DNA of 64,000 nt. Source: Lepidodermella squamata (Eukaryota > Animalia > Gastrotricha). Below, piece by piece: positions 1 to 12,538 of the stretch. Position numbers and translations under genes: made by a program. The first letter of the stretch is position 1. Each line of letters opens with the position of its first letter. The stretch is taken from contig JBLDXI010000032.1 of assembly GCA_047495785.1 (NCBI GenBank), forward strand, positions 2,108,001 through 2,172,000. Reading direction: 5' to 3'. The notes under the pieces were generated by a model. That model saw only the letters and a list, made by a program, of their open reading frames with translations. It was not told where the DNA came from and did no database searches.

Positions 1-405
1 GGCCGCTAGACGAACAGCTCCAGTTCCGCCAATCGTCTGAACAGTTGCAGTCCTATTGTCGCGAATAGCCGCTGAATTCTCGCCGAGCAGAAGTTTGACT
101 GCTGCTGAGTTGAAATCTTCCATGCCTTCGAGTGGAAGATACGTATGGTTCATGACGAGATCTTCAATTGACAGCATGTGTTGAACACGGCGAACAACAG
201 GTAGAGTCAGCAGTTTTGCATCCTCACCGAAGTATAAGCCAATTGTCAAATTGACCTTCTTCTCGTGAACATCATGTTTACAGATTTCATTCAATTGGAA
301 AAGCTCGATAGCAGGAGTTACGTCGATGCTATGTGACAGATTCGGAACGGGTTTGCTAGGGCCAGATTTGAAGATGGACATGGCTTTTGTATCATCCGCA
401 GGCAT
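1..405 (-). CDS. Aspartate aminotransferase (cytosolic GOT1-like), 5' part; runs off window start
   Basis: Manual translation from ATG at 405: MPADDTKAMSIF...KKVNLTIGLYFGEDAKLLTLPVVRRVQ...NHTYLPLEGMEDFNSAAVKLLLGENSAAIRDNRTATVQTIGGTGAVRLAA; matches class I AAT motifs VNLGVGAY, LPVV, HEYLP, VQxxGGTGALR. 135 open codons, no intron in this part. Confidence 0.9.
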   Translation of the reverse strand, partial: MPADDTKAMSIFKSGPSKPVPNLSHSIDVTPAIELFQLNEICKHDVHEKKVNLTIGLYFGEDAKLLTLPVVRRVQHMLSIEDLVMNHTYLPLEGMEDFNSAAVKLLLGENSAAIRDNRTATVQTIGGTGAVRLAA

Positions 406-872
406 TTTTTAGTTCGATTAAAGCACTATTCGAGCAAGTAATATGAATAATAATTTCAAGTTGAAAAAGGCTGATTCCGTGTTCATTCTATATTATCAAT
501 TAAGACGGCTTCGAAAATAACCCCCAATGCTAAGGTACAGGTACAAGTAAAGGAACTTAATCCCATATCCCATAATGTCGACTTAATCGCCTGGATATAA
601 TGTCGACTCTGTGACCTGCATGATTTTCGAACATGAAGTCATCTTCATTTCACTAAAGACTTTATCCCCTTGAAGTCGACATTAAGGACCGATTTTTTTC
701 GAAATGGAGCATTTGTATAACTAATAATTGTATAACGAAACATAGCAATAATAGAGGCTGGCAGAAAGTAGGTCACGGCAGATGATGAGGTTTTTTGCCG
801 GATAACGCTGACTTGGCACTCCCAAAAAGTCCGATAAGCCGCCTTAAAAGAATGGGGCCGCAGGTAGTACTG

Positions 873-1051
873 TGTCACGTTGTTTCTAAAAAAGACAAAT
901 AGATTATCCATTTCTTTTTTAATTGTTCCTTAGAAACAACGTGACAAAGTCACATTTTTCTACCATCAATTTTAGGACTTCCACCAATAAAAAGGAAAAT
1001 ACAAATTTTCCCATCAATTTTGGGGTGAAAGTCCTAAAATTGACGGTAGAA
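873..1051. repeat. Two adjacent short inverted repeats (hairpins), probably MITE remnant
   Basis: tgtcacgttgtttctaa (~873) pairs with ttagaaacaacgtgaca (~930-946); ttctaccatcaattttaggacttccacc (~958) pairs with ggtgaaagtcctaaaattgacggtagaa (~1024-1051) with 2 mismatches. Confidence 0.6.
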
Positions 1052-3018
1052 AGCATTTTCCCCATGTGGAACTGACCCAACCTGGTAGGTGTGTTATTTT
1101 TCATGCAATTTGGCATGCAAACTGTCTGACACGTAGAGTTGTTAAAAAAACGCTGTCCGAGGATGGACAAAACAATTGACAGATTACTTATTTCATTTCG
1201 CTAAAACAGCATGCGTGATAATGGACAATATCTGCGTTAGATTCACAGCTGTGCGCGCCTTCTAATGTCTAATTTACGAAACTTAGTTGAACTTACGGAA
1301 TATATGTTCATCTTTTTCATTAGCTTGTTTATCATGGAATAAACCCACATGGCTATTTTTTTTAATAATTTTATGTATAGGTATAATTATACGCGCTCGA
1401 GGGCGTAGAAGAAGCGTACTTCAGGATTGATTACTTTTACAGCAAGAGAGGTTGTATTTTTTTTAGAACCTAAATTCGAACACGGTTGCACGCGAAATTC
1501 GTGAGCTATTATGCTAGGCTGTATTTGACTACAGTAATTGAGCGTGAAATTTGCCAACCTCTAGTTGATAATATCAGCTCTGGTCACCTGTTGACGCCAT
1601 TGCCTCCAACTAAAAAGATGTTGTGCTTCAGGCCGTCTTTCCATGCAATCTGCAAATTAGACCATTAGACAGCATCATCCATCAAAATCGCCAGCTTTTG
1701 CTGACCTCATAAATGCCGCCGTTGGCATGGCGCTGAAATTTTAGTGCTTTTTATTTCTGACAAAGACGGGCATCGATGAGTGATATTGAGTGAAGAAGCC
1801 GCATACTTAATCGCACGCAACCGGCGGGTAAAATTGGCATTGGGATGAAAATTGGCAGGGGATATCCTATTAGAGCGCTGCTCTCTTACAGTTATCGAAA
1901 GAAAAATGACGATGAAACGATTGGTTTTTGCAGGGCATTCGACTGATTAAATCGGGGCTTATCTCACACGCCTTTGCGCCAAAAATCTTCGATTTCTATA
2001 TTAGGACTGATTATTCAACCTTGAAAAACTTGGTTTTGTCCAATTTTCCCGCCTCTACAAAACGAGTTTTGTTAAAAATTCCCATTTTTGAAAAATGCTT
2101 TTTTGCATCATATATTATGAATTATGACAAGATCGCCACTGTTCCCCCTTGCTTGGTTATTTTTTGCTTCAATCGAAATTAAGGAATCTTGGATGGCACG
2201 GAATGCAGAATGACCTTTTCCTGCACGAATGACCGCTTGAATCCAAAAGATTGCTTATCTCCTCTGTATCTGCTAAATACTCGGAGAAATGCAGCTGGAA
2301 TATTCAGGAAAAAGTGATCTTGCACGCCATTTATATAGGAAAATACGATAATAAAAAATCCATATTAAAAAACTGAGCCTATAACCCAATCATAATAGTC
2401 AGTTCTGGTTATTTGACATGCACACCGTGAAGTTGCTTACTTGAAAACTGGCGTCGACATAAAGTGGCGTGATTCCAACCGGGACCAATCGGTTCCAAAC
2501 AAAAAAAACGATTTCGGCCCTCAACACCGTTAAGGATTTCTTAATTGCCAGTCGATTCAATTTTTTGGCGAGATGGTGCGAGACGGATAAAAGTAACTAT
2601 TCGAAACGATCATACTATCCGAAATTTGCGGCTTTTCCACTTTTTCAGGAAAGTAGTTTGATAACTGGAGCGAAGTTTGATGATTTGTTCTTGACTCGTG
2701 ATTTTCAGGCAATTATAGATAATGTCATTATACGAATAAGATAGCACCCATATAACACTACTACGATCTCAGTACGGTATTGCTACGATTAGTGCTATCA
2801 GTAGCACTACGGTGAAAAATAGATAGCAGCACGGTGCTACGGTGCGATCTTCAAAATTTCGTAAAAATGGAAATTAACTAGGAAAACGCCGAAAACTTGG
2901 AAAATGCTGGCCTGAAGGTTTGTCCCAACTGCCAGAACAGAATTTACTCGCTTACTTTCAGGGTGACTCAAGTGCTGAATTCAGCCAAATAACGTAATTT
3001 GAGCGCAATTTCAGGCAT

Positions 3019-5773
3019 CCAGGGCGCCCTGACGGAGAATCCAATTGGGACAGGGTTTGGTTCGCCTGGAAGGCCGTTCCCGGGGCTTCAACCTGATGCA
3101 ATCGCATTCCGGCCGCGATACTCCGTTGGGCGCCTAGGGAAGCCCGAAATCAGCCAAAATGACCCAAAACCGCTATTCCATTCGCAACTTCGGGCGCCCA
3201 GGGCGCCCTGACGGAGAATCCAATTGGGACAGGGTTTGGTTCGCCTGGAAGGCCGTTCCCGGGGCTTCAACCTGATGCAATTGCATTCCGGCCGCGATAC
3301 TCCGTTGGGCGCCTAGGGAAGCCCGAAATCAGCCAAAATGACCCAAAACCGCTATTCCATTCGCAACTTCGGGCGCCCAGGGCGCCCTGACGGAGAATCC
3401 AATTGGGACAGGGTTTGGTTCGCCTGGAAGGCCGTTCCCGGGGCTTCAACCTGATGCAATCGCATTCCGGCCGCGATACTCCGTTGGGCGCCTAGGGAAG
3501 CCCGAAATCAGCCAAAATGACCCAAAACCGCTATTCCATTCGCAACTTCGGGCGCCCAGGGCGCCCTGACGGAGAATCCAATTGGGACAGGGTTTGGTTC
3601 GCCTGGAAGGCCGTTCCCGGGGCTTCAACCTGATGCAATCGCATTCCGGCCGCGATACTCCGTTGGGCGCCTAGGGAAGCCCGAAATCAGCCAAAATGAC
3701 CCAAAACCGCTATTCCATTCGCAACTTCGGGCGCCCAGGGCGCCCTGACGGAGAATCCAATTGGGACAGGGTTTGGTTCGCCTGGAAGGCCGTTCCCGGG
3801 GCTTCAACCTGATGCAATCGCATTCCGGCCGCGATACTCCGTTGGGCGCCTAGGGAAGCCCGAAATCAGCCAAAATGACCCGAAACCGCTATTCCATTCG
3901 CAACTTTGGGCGCCCAGGGCGCCCTCACGGAGAATCCAATTGGGACAGGGTTTGGTTCGCCTGGAAGGCCGTTCCCGGGGCTTCAATCTGATGCAATTGC
4001 ATTCCGGCCGCGATACTCCGTTGGGCGCCTAGGGAAGCCCGAAATCAGCCAAAATGACCCAAAACCGCTATTCCATTCGCAACTTCGGGCGCCCAGGGCG
4101 CCCTGACGGAGAATCCAATTGGGACAGGGTTTGGTTCGCCTGGAAGGCCGTTCCCGGGGCTTCAACCTGATGCAATCGCATTCCGGCCGCGATACTCCGT
4201 TGGGCGCCTAGGGAAGCCCGAAATCAGCCAAAATGACCCAAAACCGCTATTCCATTCGCAACTTCGGGCGCCCAGGGCGCCCTGACGGAGAATCCAATTG
4301 GGACAGGGTTTGGTTCGCCTGGAAGGCCGTTCCCGGGGCTTCAACCTGATGCAATCGCATTCCGGCCGCGATACTCCGTTGGGCGCCTAGGGAAGCCCGA
4401 AATCAGCCAAAATGACCCGAAACCGCTATTCCATTCGCAACTTTGGGCGCCCAGGGCGCCCTCACGGAGAATCCAATTGGGACAGGGTTTGGTTCGCCTG
4501 GAAGGCCGTTCCCGGGGCTTCAATCTGATGCAATTGCATTCCGGCCGCGATACTCCGTTGGGCGCCTAGGGAAGCCCGAAATCAGCCAAAATGACCCGAA
4601 ACCGCTATTCCATTCGCAACTTTGGGCGCCCAGGGCGCCCTCACGGAGAATCCAATTGGGACAGGGTTTGGTTCGCCTGGAAGGCCGTTCCCGGGGCTTC
4701 AATCTGATGCAATTGCATTCCGGCCGCGATACTCCGTTGGGCGCCTAGGGAAGCCCGAAATCAGCCAAAATGACCCAAAACCGCTATTCCATTCGCAACT
4801 TCGGGCGCCCAGGGCGCCCTGACGGAGAATCCAATTGGGACAGGGTTTGGTTCGCCTGGAAGGCCGTTCCCGGGGCTTCAACCTGATGCAATCGCATTCC
4901 GGCCGCGATACTCCGTTGGGCGCCTAGGGAAGCCCGAAATCAGCCAAAATGACCCAAAACCGCTATTCCATTCGCAACTTCGGGCGCCCAGGGCGCCCTG
5001 ACGGAGAATCCAATTGGGACAGGGTTTGGTTCGCCTGGAAGGCCGTTCCCGGGGCTTCAACCTGATGCAATCGCATTCCGGCCGCGATACTCCGTTGGGC
5101 GCCTAGGGAAGCCCGAAATCAGCCAAAATGACCCGAAACCGCTATTCCATTCGCAACTTTGGGCGCCCAGGGCGCCCTCACGGAGAATCCAATTGGGACA
5201 GGGTTTGGTTCGCCTGGAAGGCCGTTCCCGGGGCTTCAATCTGATGCAATTGCATTCCGGCCGCGATACTCCGTTGGGCGCCTAGGGAAGCCCGAAATCA
5301 GCCAAAATGACCCAAAACCGCTATTCCATTCGCAACTTCGGGCGCCCAGGGCGCCCTGACGGAGAATCCAATTGGGACAGGGTTTGGTTCGCCTGGAAGG
5401 CCGTTCCCGGGGCTTCAACCTGATGCAATCGCATTCCGGCCGCGATACTCCGTTGGGCGCCTAGGGAAGCCCGAAATCAGCCAAAATGACCCAAAACCGC
5501 TATTCCATTCGCAACTTCGGGCGCCCAGGGCGCCCTGACGGAGAATCCAATTGGGACAGGGTTTGGTTCGCCTGGAAGGCCGTTCCCGGGGCTTCAATCT
5601 GATGCAATTGCATTCCGGCCGCGATACTCCGTTGGGCGCCTAGGGAAGCCCGAAATCAGCCAAAATGACCCAAAACCGCTATTCCATTCGCAACTTTGGG
5701 CGCCCAGGGCGCCCTCACGGAGAATCCAATTGGGACAGGGTTTGGTTCGCCTGGAAGGCCGTTCCCGGGGCTT
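3019..5773. repeat. GC-rich tandem satellite, 179-bp monomer, ~15.4 near-identical copies
   Basis: Exact 179-bp periodicity (ORF track repeats every 179 bp); monomers differ at only about 5 positions. Confidence 0.99.
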
Positions 5774-6518
5774 TAATCGCAAACTGTGTGCTAAATGCTG
5801 CGGAGTTTATCGCGGGGGCACCGTTGTTAGTTTCGCTGAGCTGAAGTCAGCTAGATGACTGAAATGTCTCAAAATCTGTACCTCACGATCTATTCAGCGG
5901 AAATAGTGCACGAATATCCTCGCTTATCTGGGACCTTCGCCAAGTTAGTGTTCAAGCCCTTTTGACGCAGAACAGTGTGTTCAGCGCTGAATTAACTGCC
6001 TGAAATTTATGCTACGTTATTAGTGTTACTCCGTGGAACATTAATTGCTAGCGCCACGATTGTGCGAAATTTAGACGGGACAATTTGTTAAATTATTCTC
6101 AGGGTAGTTTTCTATCACCGTCATTTTTGATAATTTGAAAAATCACGCCTGTCATCGAAATTTCGAATTTCGAAAATGCTACGGTGCGGAAAAGTGCTGC
6201 CTCAAACACGCCGTACCGGCACCGTAGTCCACCGATAAAAACTACGATCTGCTTTACGGCGCGAGTGCTATTTTTTTCGACGCCCAGAGAAAAAGTGCAA
6301 AAAGGCCAATGAATCAACCCTGGACCTTTGACATGAAAAATCAAGAGGAAAAATTTATCGGATATTCCCTTTATTTAACATTAACATTAATTGAAGCTGT
6401 TTCTATGTGTATAAGGTTCAGTTGAAAATAAAAGCAAGCGGTTCAGATGAACAGTGTGAATAAGTTTTACAAAAAGGAAGGAAAGCAAAATCTATTGTCC
6501 AATTTAAAAACTGCGCTG

Positions 6519-6764
6519 CTATTCCGCCGCAGCTTCGAGAAATTTGCGCATTCCTTCTACGAATTCATTCACATTAATGAACCCATCATCATCGGTATCA
6601 AAATCGGTCCAGCATCCATCAGCCAAAACATCTCCGCTGCCAGCTCCCAACACCTCGTTTATTGCCTCCTTGAATTGCGCCTCGTTCAACTTGCCAGAAT
6701 TGTCCTTGTCATATTTATGAAAGGTCTTCTTAAAAGACTCGACTTGTTCTTCAGTTATCGGCAT
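6519..6764 (-). CDS. Small two-EF-hand calcium-binding protein (calmodulin half-like), 81 aa
   Basis: EF loops DKDNSGKLNEAQ and DTDDDGFINVNE; N-terminal TEEQVESFKKTF resembles calmodulin helix A. Confidence 0.9.
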   Translation of the reverse strand: MPITEEQVESFKKTFHKYDKDNSGKLNEAQFKEAINEVLGAGSGDVLADGCWTDFDTDDDGFINVNEFVEGMRKFLEAAAE

Positions 6765-7421
6765 AACAAAGCTACCTGTCTAAGGGGAAAATATAAAAAT
6801 TTGACCATAGGCTGGAATTATGATCAATCTTAAATTTAATAGATTTTAAAAATATGAAATGTTTTAAAAATGGAATTCAAGTTGAGGAAATCTCTGCTTG
6901 TACAGCACCTTCGTATTAGGATTTTATCATGGCTACATCGGCCGTTGATGGAATTTTTTTTCTGCCGAGCAGGTAAAAAATTCGCGAAAACTTGTAATAA
7001 AGCGGGGGTTTACGTGGCAGAAATTACGAGGCATGCAGCGCTCCCGGGTTGTCAACCTTCAAGAAATAAAAATTCCTTAAATAAAATATCCAAATAACAC
7101 ACGCCTGAAGAATCTGCAGAACGGCAGCATAGCTGGTATTTATTTAATCATGTCATTTTGGTGCCAGGTTTCCAATTTGGTTCGGTTTAATATTTCAAGT
7201 TTTTTTATGAAATCCTCATAAATTCCTTAGCCTAGTGAAAAAATGTCAGAATCTAAAGGCTGAAGGCTGACCTATTGTCTTATTGGAGCAGTTTTTATTT
7301 GTATAAATAATCAAGAAAGCAATAATTTCAAATGAAAAAGCTGACTAAATATAGCATATAAGCAATTAAGCAGTGTGCAATCTCGATTAAACAGGTAGAC
7401 CTCAGAAAAAAGCCGCGTCAT

Positions 7422-7664
7422 TCATTCCTTCATTTCGTTGAGTTCACGAACTCCTTCGACAAACTCGTGCACATCAATCAGCCCATCACCGTCACGGTCG
7501 AACTTGGTCCAGACTATATCGAGAAATTCCTGCTCGATTTCAACTCCCAACGTCGAGATTACGGCATTCCTGAATTCTGCCCGGCTCAACTTGCCAGACT
7601 TGTCCTTGTCAAATTCTTCAAAGGCCTTCTTGATAGCCTCGACATCAGCTTCAGTAAATGGCAT
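7422..7664 (-). CDS. Small two-EF-hand calcium-binding protein, 80 aa; tandem paralog of 6519-6764
   Basis: Canonical loops DKDKSGKLSRAE and DRDGDGLIDVHE; same length, strand and layout as neighbour. Confidence 0.9.
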   Translation of the reverse strand: MPFTEADVEAIKKAFEEFDKDKSGKLSRAEFRNAVISTLGVEIEQEFLDIVWTKFDRDGDGLIDVHEFVEGVRELNEMKE

Positions 7665-8014
7665 AATAATAGATCTATTAAGATATACTCATTCTATAGC
7701 CCTTAATTTGATTGAAAATAAGTATAGGAATATTATAAGTCTTATAATGACAACCAAAAAAACGCCATCACACTGAGCATACTTATATAATACTATTGGC
7801 TGTGAAGCGTTTTTTTTCATGTCTAACCATTTGTTCTGGGCTTAACACCTGAGGAATAATACTATACTTGTGTACTGTAGCTACCGCTTTTTCAAGTATG
7901 AGAGTAACGTATAAAGCAAACAGGTTTCCAGCTCTTAAAAAAGCGAATATTTGACGTAGGAAAACTCCAAATTCTTGTGTTTTTCATCAATTCCGAATTT
8001 TACCAAATTATTTA

Positions 8015-11000
8015 CTAAAAATTGAAGAAACTTTCACACAGTAATTGATTGATTATTCTAAAATGTATCACAAATGGCGCGAGTAAATATGCATAACTAA
8101 AACAAGTAGTTATTGAAGACCGGGCTGAATTACTTGCCGCCGTTGTATTCGGAGTTGGAGTGGGCCACAATGACTGCCAGCCATCCTTCCCAACATCGCA
8201 ATCACCCTTTGAAATTAAATTCGCCTTCAACGTCAGCACGACATCAGGTTGGGGATACGGCAGTTGAGTGAATAACCCTGGAAAAAAATCTACCTTAGTA
8301 ATGGGAGCATATTTTTAGGGAAATTTACTTACGGCAAAATCCTCTCGCTGGATCTTCAGGTCTGAAGTCTGACGGGCAGCGAATGCAGACGTAGGGTGGC
8401 TTACAAACCAAAGGCGGGGTGTAAGTGTTATTGTAACCGTACAAAAACCGGTCTAAGGTCGACCGGGACGAGCACTCGTGATCGATCGGGTCAAGGTGAC
8501 ACTCGTCACCCTTGTCAACCAGGGTGAAATCGGTGAAGCAGAACGGGTAGCTGACAATATCGGCCCTTGCATAGGCGTTGTCGAAATTGACTAATTGCGT
8601 TATGTTGGCGTAACGGAAGGTATCCGGGCAGCGGCAGATACCTCGGATGCAAAGCCCACCGTTGCAATCAGCGTCGAAGGAGCATCGATCACCATAACTC
8701 CCTTAATAATCGAATCGAAATTTTTTTTTTTATAAAATAAAATAAATATGAAAAAAACTATACAAAATTTTTCAATTCACGCTCAGGTCAAATAGAATAA
8801 AAATAAATTGATAAGAATTTTTGAATTTTTTCGAAATTTTTCAAAATAAAATTTTGAAATTTTCATGAAATTTCCGAAAATTTTGAAAAAAAATTCTGGG
8901 CCAATAATTAATAAGTCTATTGATTTCTGAGTGACTATTTTAACTAATTAATTTGCTGACTTACTCAATCGACATTTTTTGCCGTCCCAGAAGGTAGACG
9001 GCTCGTTAATAAAGGTTCTGAAGCACCCTGACCAATCGGGCGCTTTGTAGTTTCGCGCGGCTAAAATAGCGGCCTGGTCACACTGGCACCGGCCGTTTTC
9101 ACCGCATTTTAAGCCTAGAGTTGAATTGCACGAGTAACGCCGATAAATGTCCGTTTCATCGCACGTCGCGTTGTAGCCAAGCTCGCGATGACGGGGCCGA
9201 TCATTGGCTGTACACATCCCATCCAAATCCTATAATAATCGGATAATTGTTTTTCAAAAATCGAATATCGAGATAGGCTGGTCTTACCTCTTGATAAGGA
9301 AACCTGCATTTAATAGTACCCCATCCATATCCTGCATAACCGGTTCTTGTTGTGTTTCGGTAATCATTGACACAACCGTATCTGCTGTCCCAATCTTCGT
9401 TGTTCTGGAACCAGGGATTAAGGCCCAAGGGCGCGGGTGGTATGCATCGGTCGCCAAGTTGCAGCGTTCGATCTATCGAAAAATTTAACCTTCAAAAAGG
9501 TTCGGAGTAATTTAAAAATTTTTTACACGGCGAGCAACGACTGAATCGGTCTTTGAAATAGCCGCCATCGTTATCGCAGTTGCACATGCCATTATCGCAT
9601 GGCGGATCGAGCTGTCTCTCCCAATGAGAGCAAATCGAATTATTAGTCACGCAATCTGTATTATAGGCACAGGCCAATTCGCGGCAAACGCCCTGAATCG
9701 GGTACGTCGTAGCGTTATTTGTCGCTAAATACTCGCCGTAGCACAGGTGGCAAAACGCGCCAGGGTGACACAACCGGGTGTTGTTGTCAAATGTCCACAA
9801 CTCAGGCGCCATCGTGCAGGACTGACCTGTTGGAACCATAGTCACTATCCCTGAAAAAAATTAACAAAATGATAACATATTTTAACCAGATCAGCTTAGA
9901 GAGAAGGGGAATCTTAATTTTGAGATATTAAAATTTTTTGAATTTTCAAGAAATTTGAAAAAATCGATTCCCTTGGACCATAGAGATCCAGCACTAAAAT
10001 TTTCTATAAATTTCTGTCATCCTTTACATTAATTTTGAGCCAATATCGATTCCAAGTATCGATTCCAAAAATCAGTGATTTTTTAATTTTTCTTGATCTC
10101 GCCGAAATTTTCCCAACTAACCAATGCTAGGAAAATGAAAACTCCCACGATCATTAGAACGAGATCAATGCCGTTCGAAAATGAAAAGGCCGAATTTTTA
10201 CGATGGTTTTTTTACGATTTTTTTTAATTTCAAAAATGAAAAATCCTACGGTCGTAGGATCGTTAGGATAAGGTCGATCGAAGATAAGAAAAAGCCAACA
10301 TTGAAAAAATTGAAAAATGTAGCGCTGGAACCTCAAATTCAGATCCAATAAATCACAAATGCCCTTTTTCTCACCGACAATGACGCAAATTCTAAGCGAA
10401 TTCGGCTGTTTCGCATCGTAGTCCCAAGTCAGGAGATCGTAGGGCTCGAACCCTGTAACGCATCTGCACCGGCCTGATCGGCACTCAAAGCTCCGCGCCG
10501 GTCCGATCAGACCTGTATTACACTCATCAGACGTGAAGCAGGAGTCGCCGTAGCCTCGAGGGCGGCACTTTCTCGCATCGAAATCGTATACATCAGTCGA
10601 ATTCACGCATTGGCACTGGCCGTAGAACAGGCTAGGTTGTTGCAGCTGGCGGCAAATCAGGCCCTGAGACGCGTCGCAGACATACTCAAACTGTAACCAT
10701 TGAAGTTTGTCCGAAATTAACGGAACAGGGCCGCAGTAGAACGAAAATGTGGTCAGCAGTTGTCGTTTTATAACTCGCGGCATGGGTTGGTAATTGGGCG
10801 GTGAGGTCGACGGCTCTTCAGTTTTTGAAACCGGAGCCACGTCGCAGTAACCGCCCTTGTCCTTACATAAAAATATTTTATTCAATTTTCAAACTTTTTG
10901 CTTATTTTTTTCGATAATTTCTTACGACGAAGTCTGGATATCGGCAGGCTACATACATCATAGTTCCATTGTTGATGCAGGCGAATTTTTCCAGAATGAT

Positions 11001-12538
11001 TTCATTCGGCTCGCCGGTACACCGGGCGTACAAATTCGGGGTTACCACTGAACAAGGAGAAAAAAACACAATTATTCCCATGATTAAATTTAGCTATTGC
11101 CGGTCACAAGAGTAGGGCTAATTTCATTGAGCCAGCCCCGCATTGATTTGTCCCTTGAGCTGAGTTTTTTTTTATTCAATTATAATTATTTGCGATCATC
11201 AGAGGTATAGTCGCTGTAGAACAACACAAGTTTTATTCGAAATCATTGCCAAAAACTTATGGCCACTTGAAAGGCAAATTACTAGCCGTTAAATTCGCGA
11301 TTACAACGCGCCTTGATGTTAAATATATATAAGATTTCCGTACGAGATTTAATTGAAAAACGTTGAATATTTATTAGCTGTTTTACCGGAACATTATCGC
11401 TTATCTACGTCCCAATGGAGATTAATCAACCAAATGTTAGCTAATATTATGGGCTAATTATTGCCGCCCCGGTGATTTTTCTCATTTAACCCACTTCGAT
11501 TTAAGAATTACGTTTTTTTTACACAATATCTTTTAGCGGAACCAAATTCGCTGTTGCGGAACGTATCTCGAATTTCGCCAAATCTTTATTTTTAAATAAT
11601 TTTAAGAATTTGGGGCAAAGTATAATTCCTATAGTGAACGCTACATCTTGCACAGAATTTTACGCTGAATTTGAAAATAATTTTTTTAAATTATGATGAT
11701 CTATAATAACATCTTTGGAAGTTCTCAAAATTCAGGCCCCGTGAATATTCCAAAATTTGGCTCTGGTAAAAAAAATAGTTTGTACTTACTTGGGAGGCAT
11801 GACCCATCGCTAACTTGAGCTGTGCCGTCAACGCAGATGCAATAGCCAATTCTCGGGCAAGATGGCCACATGGCTGGCTGGTTGAAGAAGTCGTACATGT
11901 AGCATTCCTCATATTTATCCAAATCACAGTCGACATTTTTAAGGCAGGGCGCACCAGTTTTCGCATCTGAAAAAATCAAAATTCAATTGTTAAGAAATAT
12001 TCTCTTTATTTTCCTTTTTAGCTTTCTACTTTTCAATCTCGTCTTAATTTCGTTGATTAAACTAGGCGAAGAAAGACTTATCATCAGTAGCAGATATACC
12101 CCCTCTTCATCGGATTCTACCCGTAAAAAAACGCAAAGCTCTTATGGGTAATGAGAAGTAGATGGGACGACACTCCGCTTATCAATCGGATTTCCGTCTC
12201 TAAAGCCAGGGCTTAGATGATGATGTATAGCCCGAGAAGTACAGGTGAAACGTGGATCGAGAAATCGATGAGAAAAATCAATATATTTTCCTCGACCCTT
12301 GATCCTCAGCCGTAATGATGACGGCGCCTAATTGTGATGATAAAATTCCTGAACGTCATGTCTCGTCAGTACGAGAAAAAATAAACAAACAGCCAATTAT
12401 GTCGATCTTTTTGATGCCTTAGATTTTCGCCTCTAAAATAATATAAACCAATTATTTTTCGAACGTACCTGTAATTTTAACTAGAACGATCGTAATTGCC
12501 AGCAGTATTAGTTCTATTTTCCGCCTCCGACTTCTCAT
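8015..12538 (-). CDS. Multi-exon secreted Cys-rich protein with EB-module/EGF-like repeats, possible GPI or membrane tail
   Basis: Nine exons joined with consistent GT-AG phases (approx. 12538-12469, 11966-11790, 11047-10926, 10862-10375, 9850-9527, 9472-9288, 9230-8965, 8701-8333, 8277-8015). Signal peptide MRSRRRKIELILLAITIVLVKIT; repeats such as YGDSCFTSDEC..CRSGRCRC and YGDRCSFDADCNGGLCIRGICRC; Ser/Thr stretch then hydrophobic C-terminus. Confidence 0.8.

Noticed and set aside
3019-5773. Hammerhead ribozyme or CRISPR array in the satellite
   Set aside because: Only CTGATGC/CTGACGG, no CUGANGA core on either strand; no unique spacers and context is eukaryotic.
2999-5782. Repeated 60-aa ORFs (MKPRERPSRR...) as a tandem gene array
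   Set aside because: By-product of the 179-bp satellite; non-ATG starts, monomer not a multiple of 3, no protein-like features.
2742-6290. TIR element enclosing the satellite
   Set aside because: Both flanks share short motifs (tgctacggtgcg, ctacgatct) but in direct orientation; no convincing TIR or TSD found.
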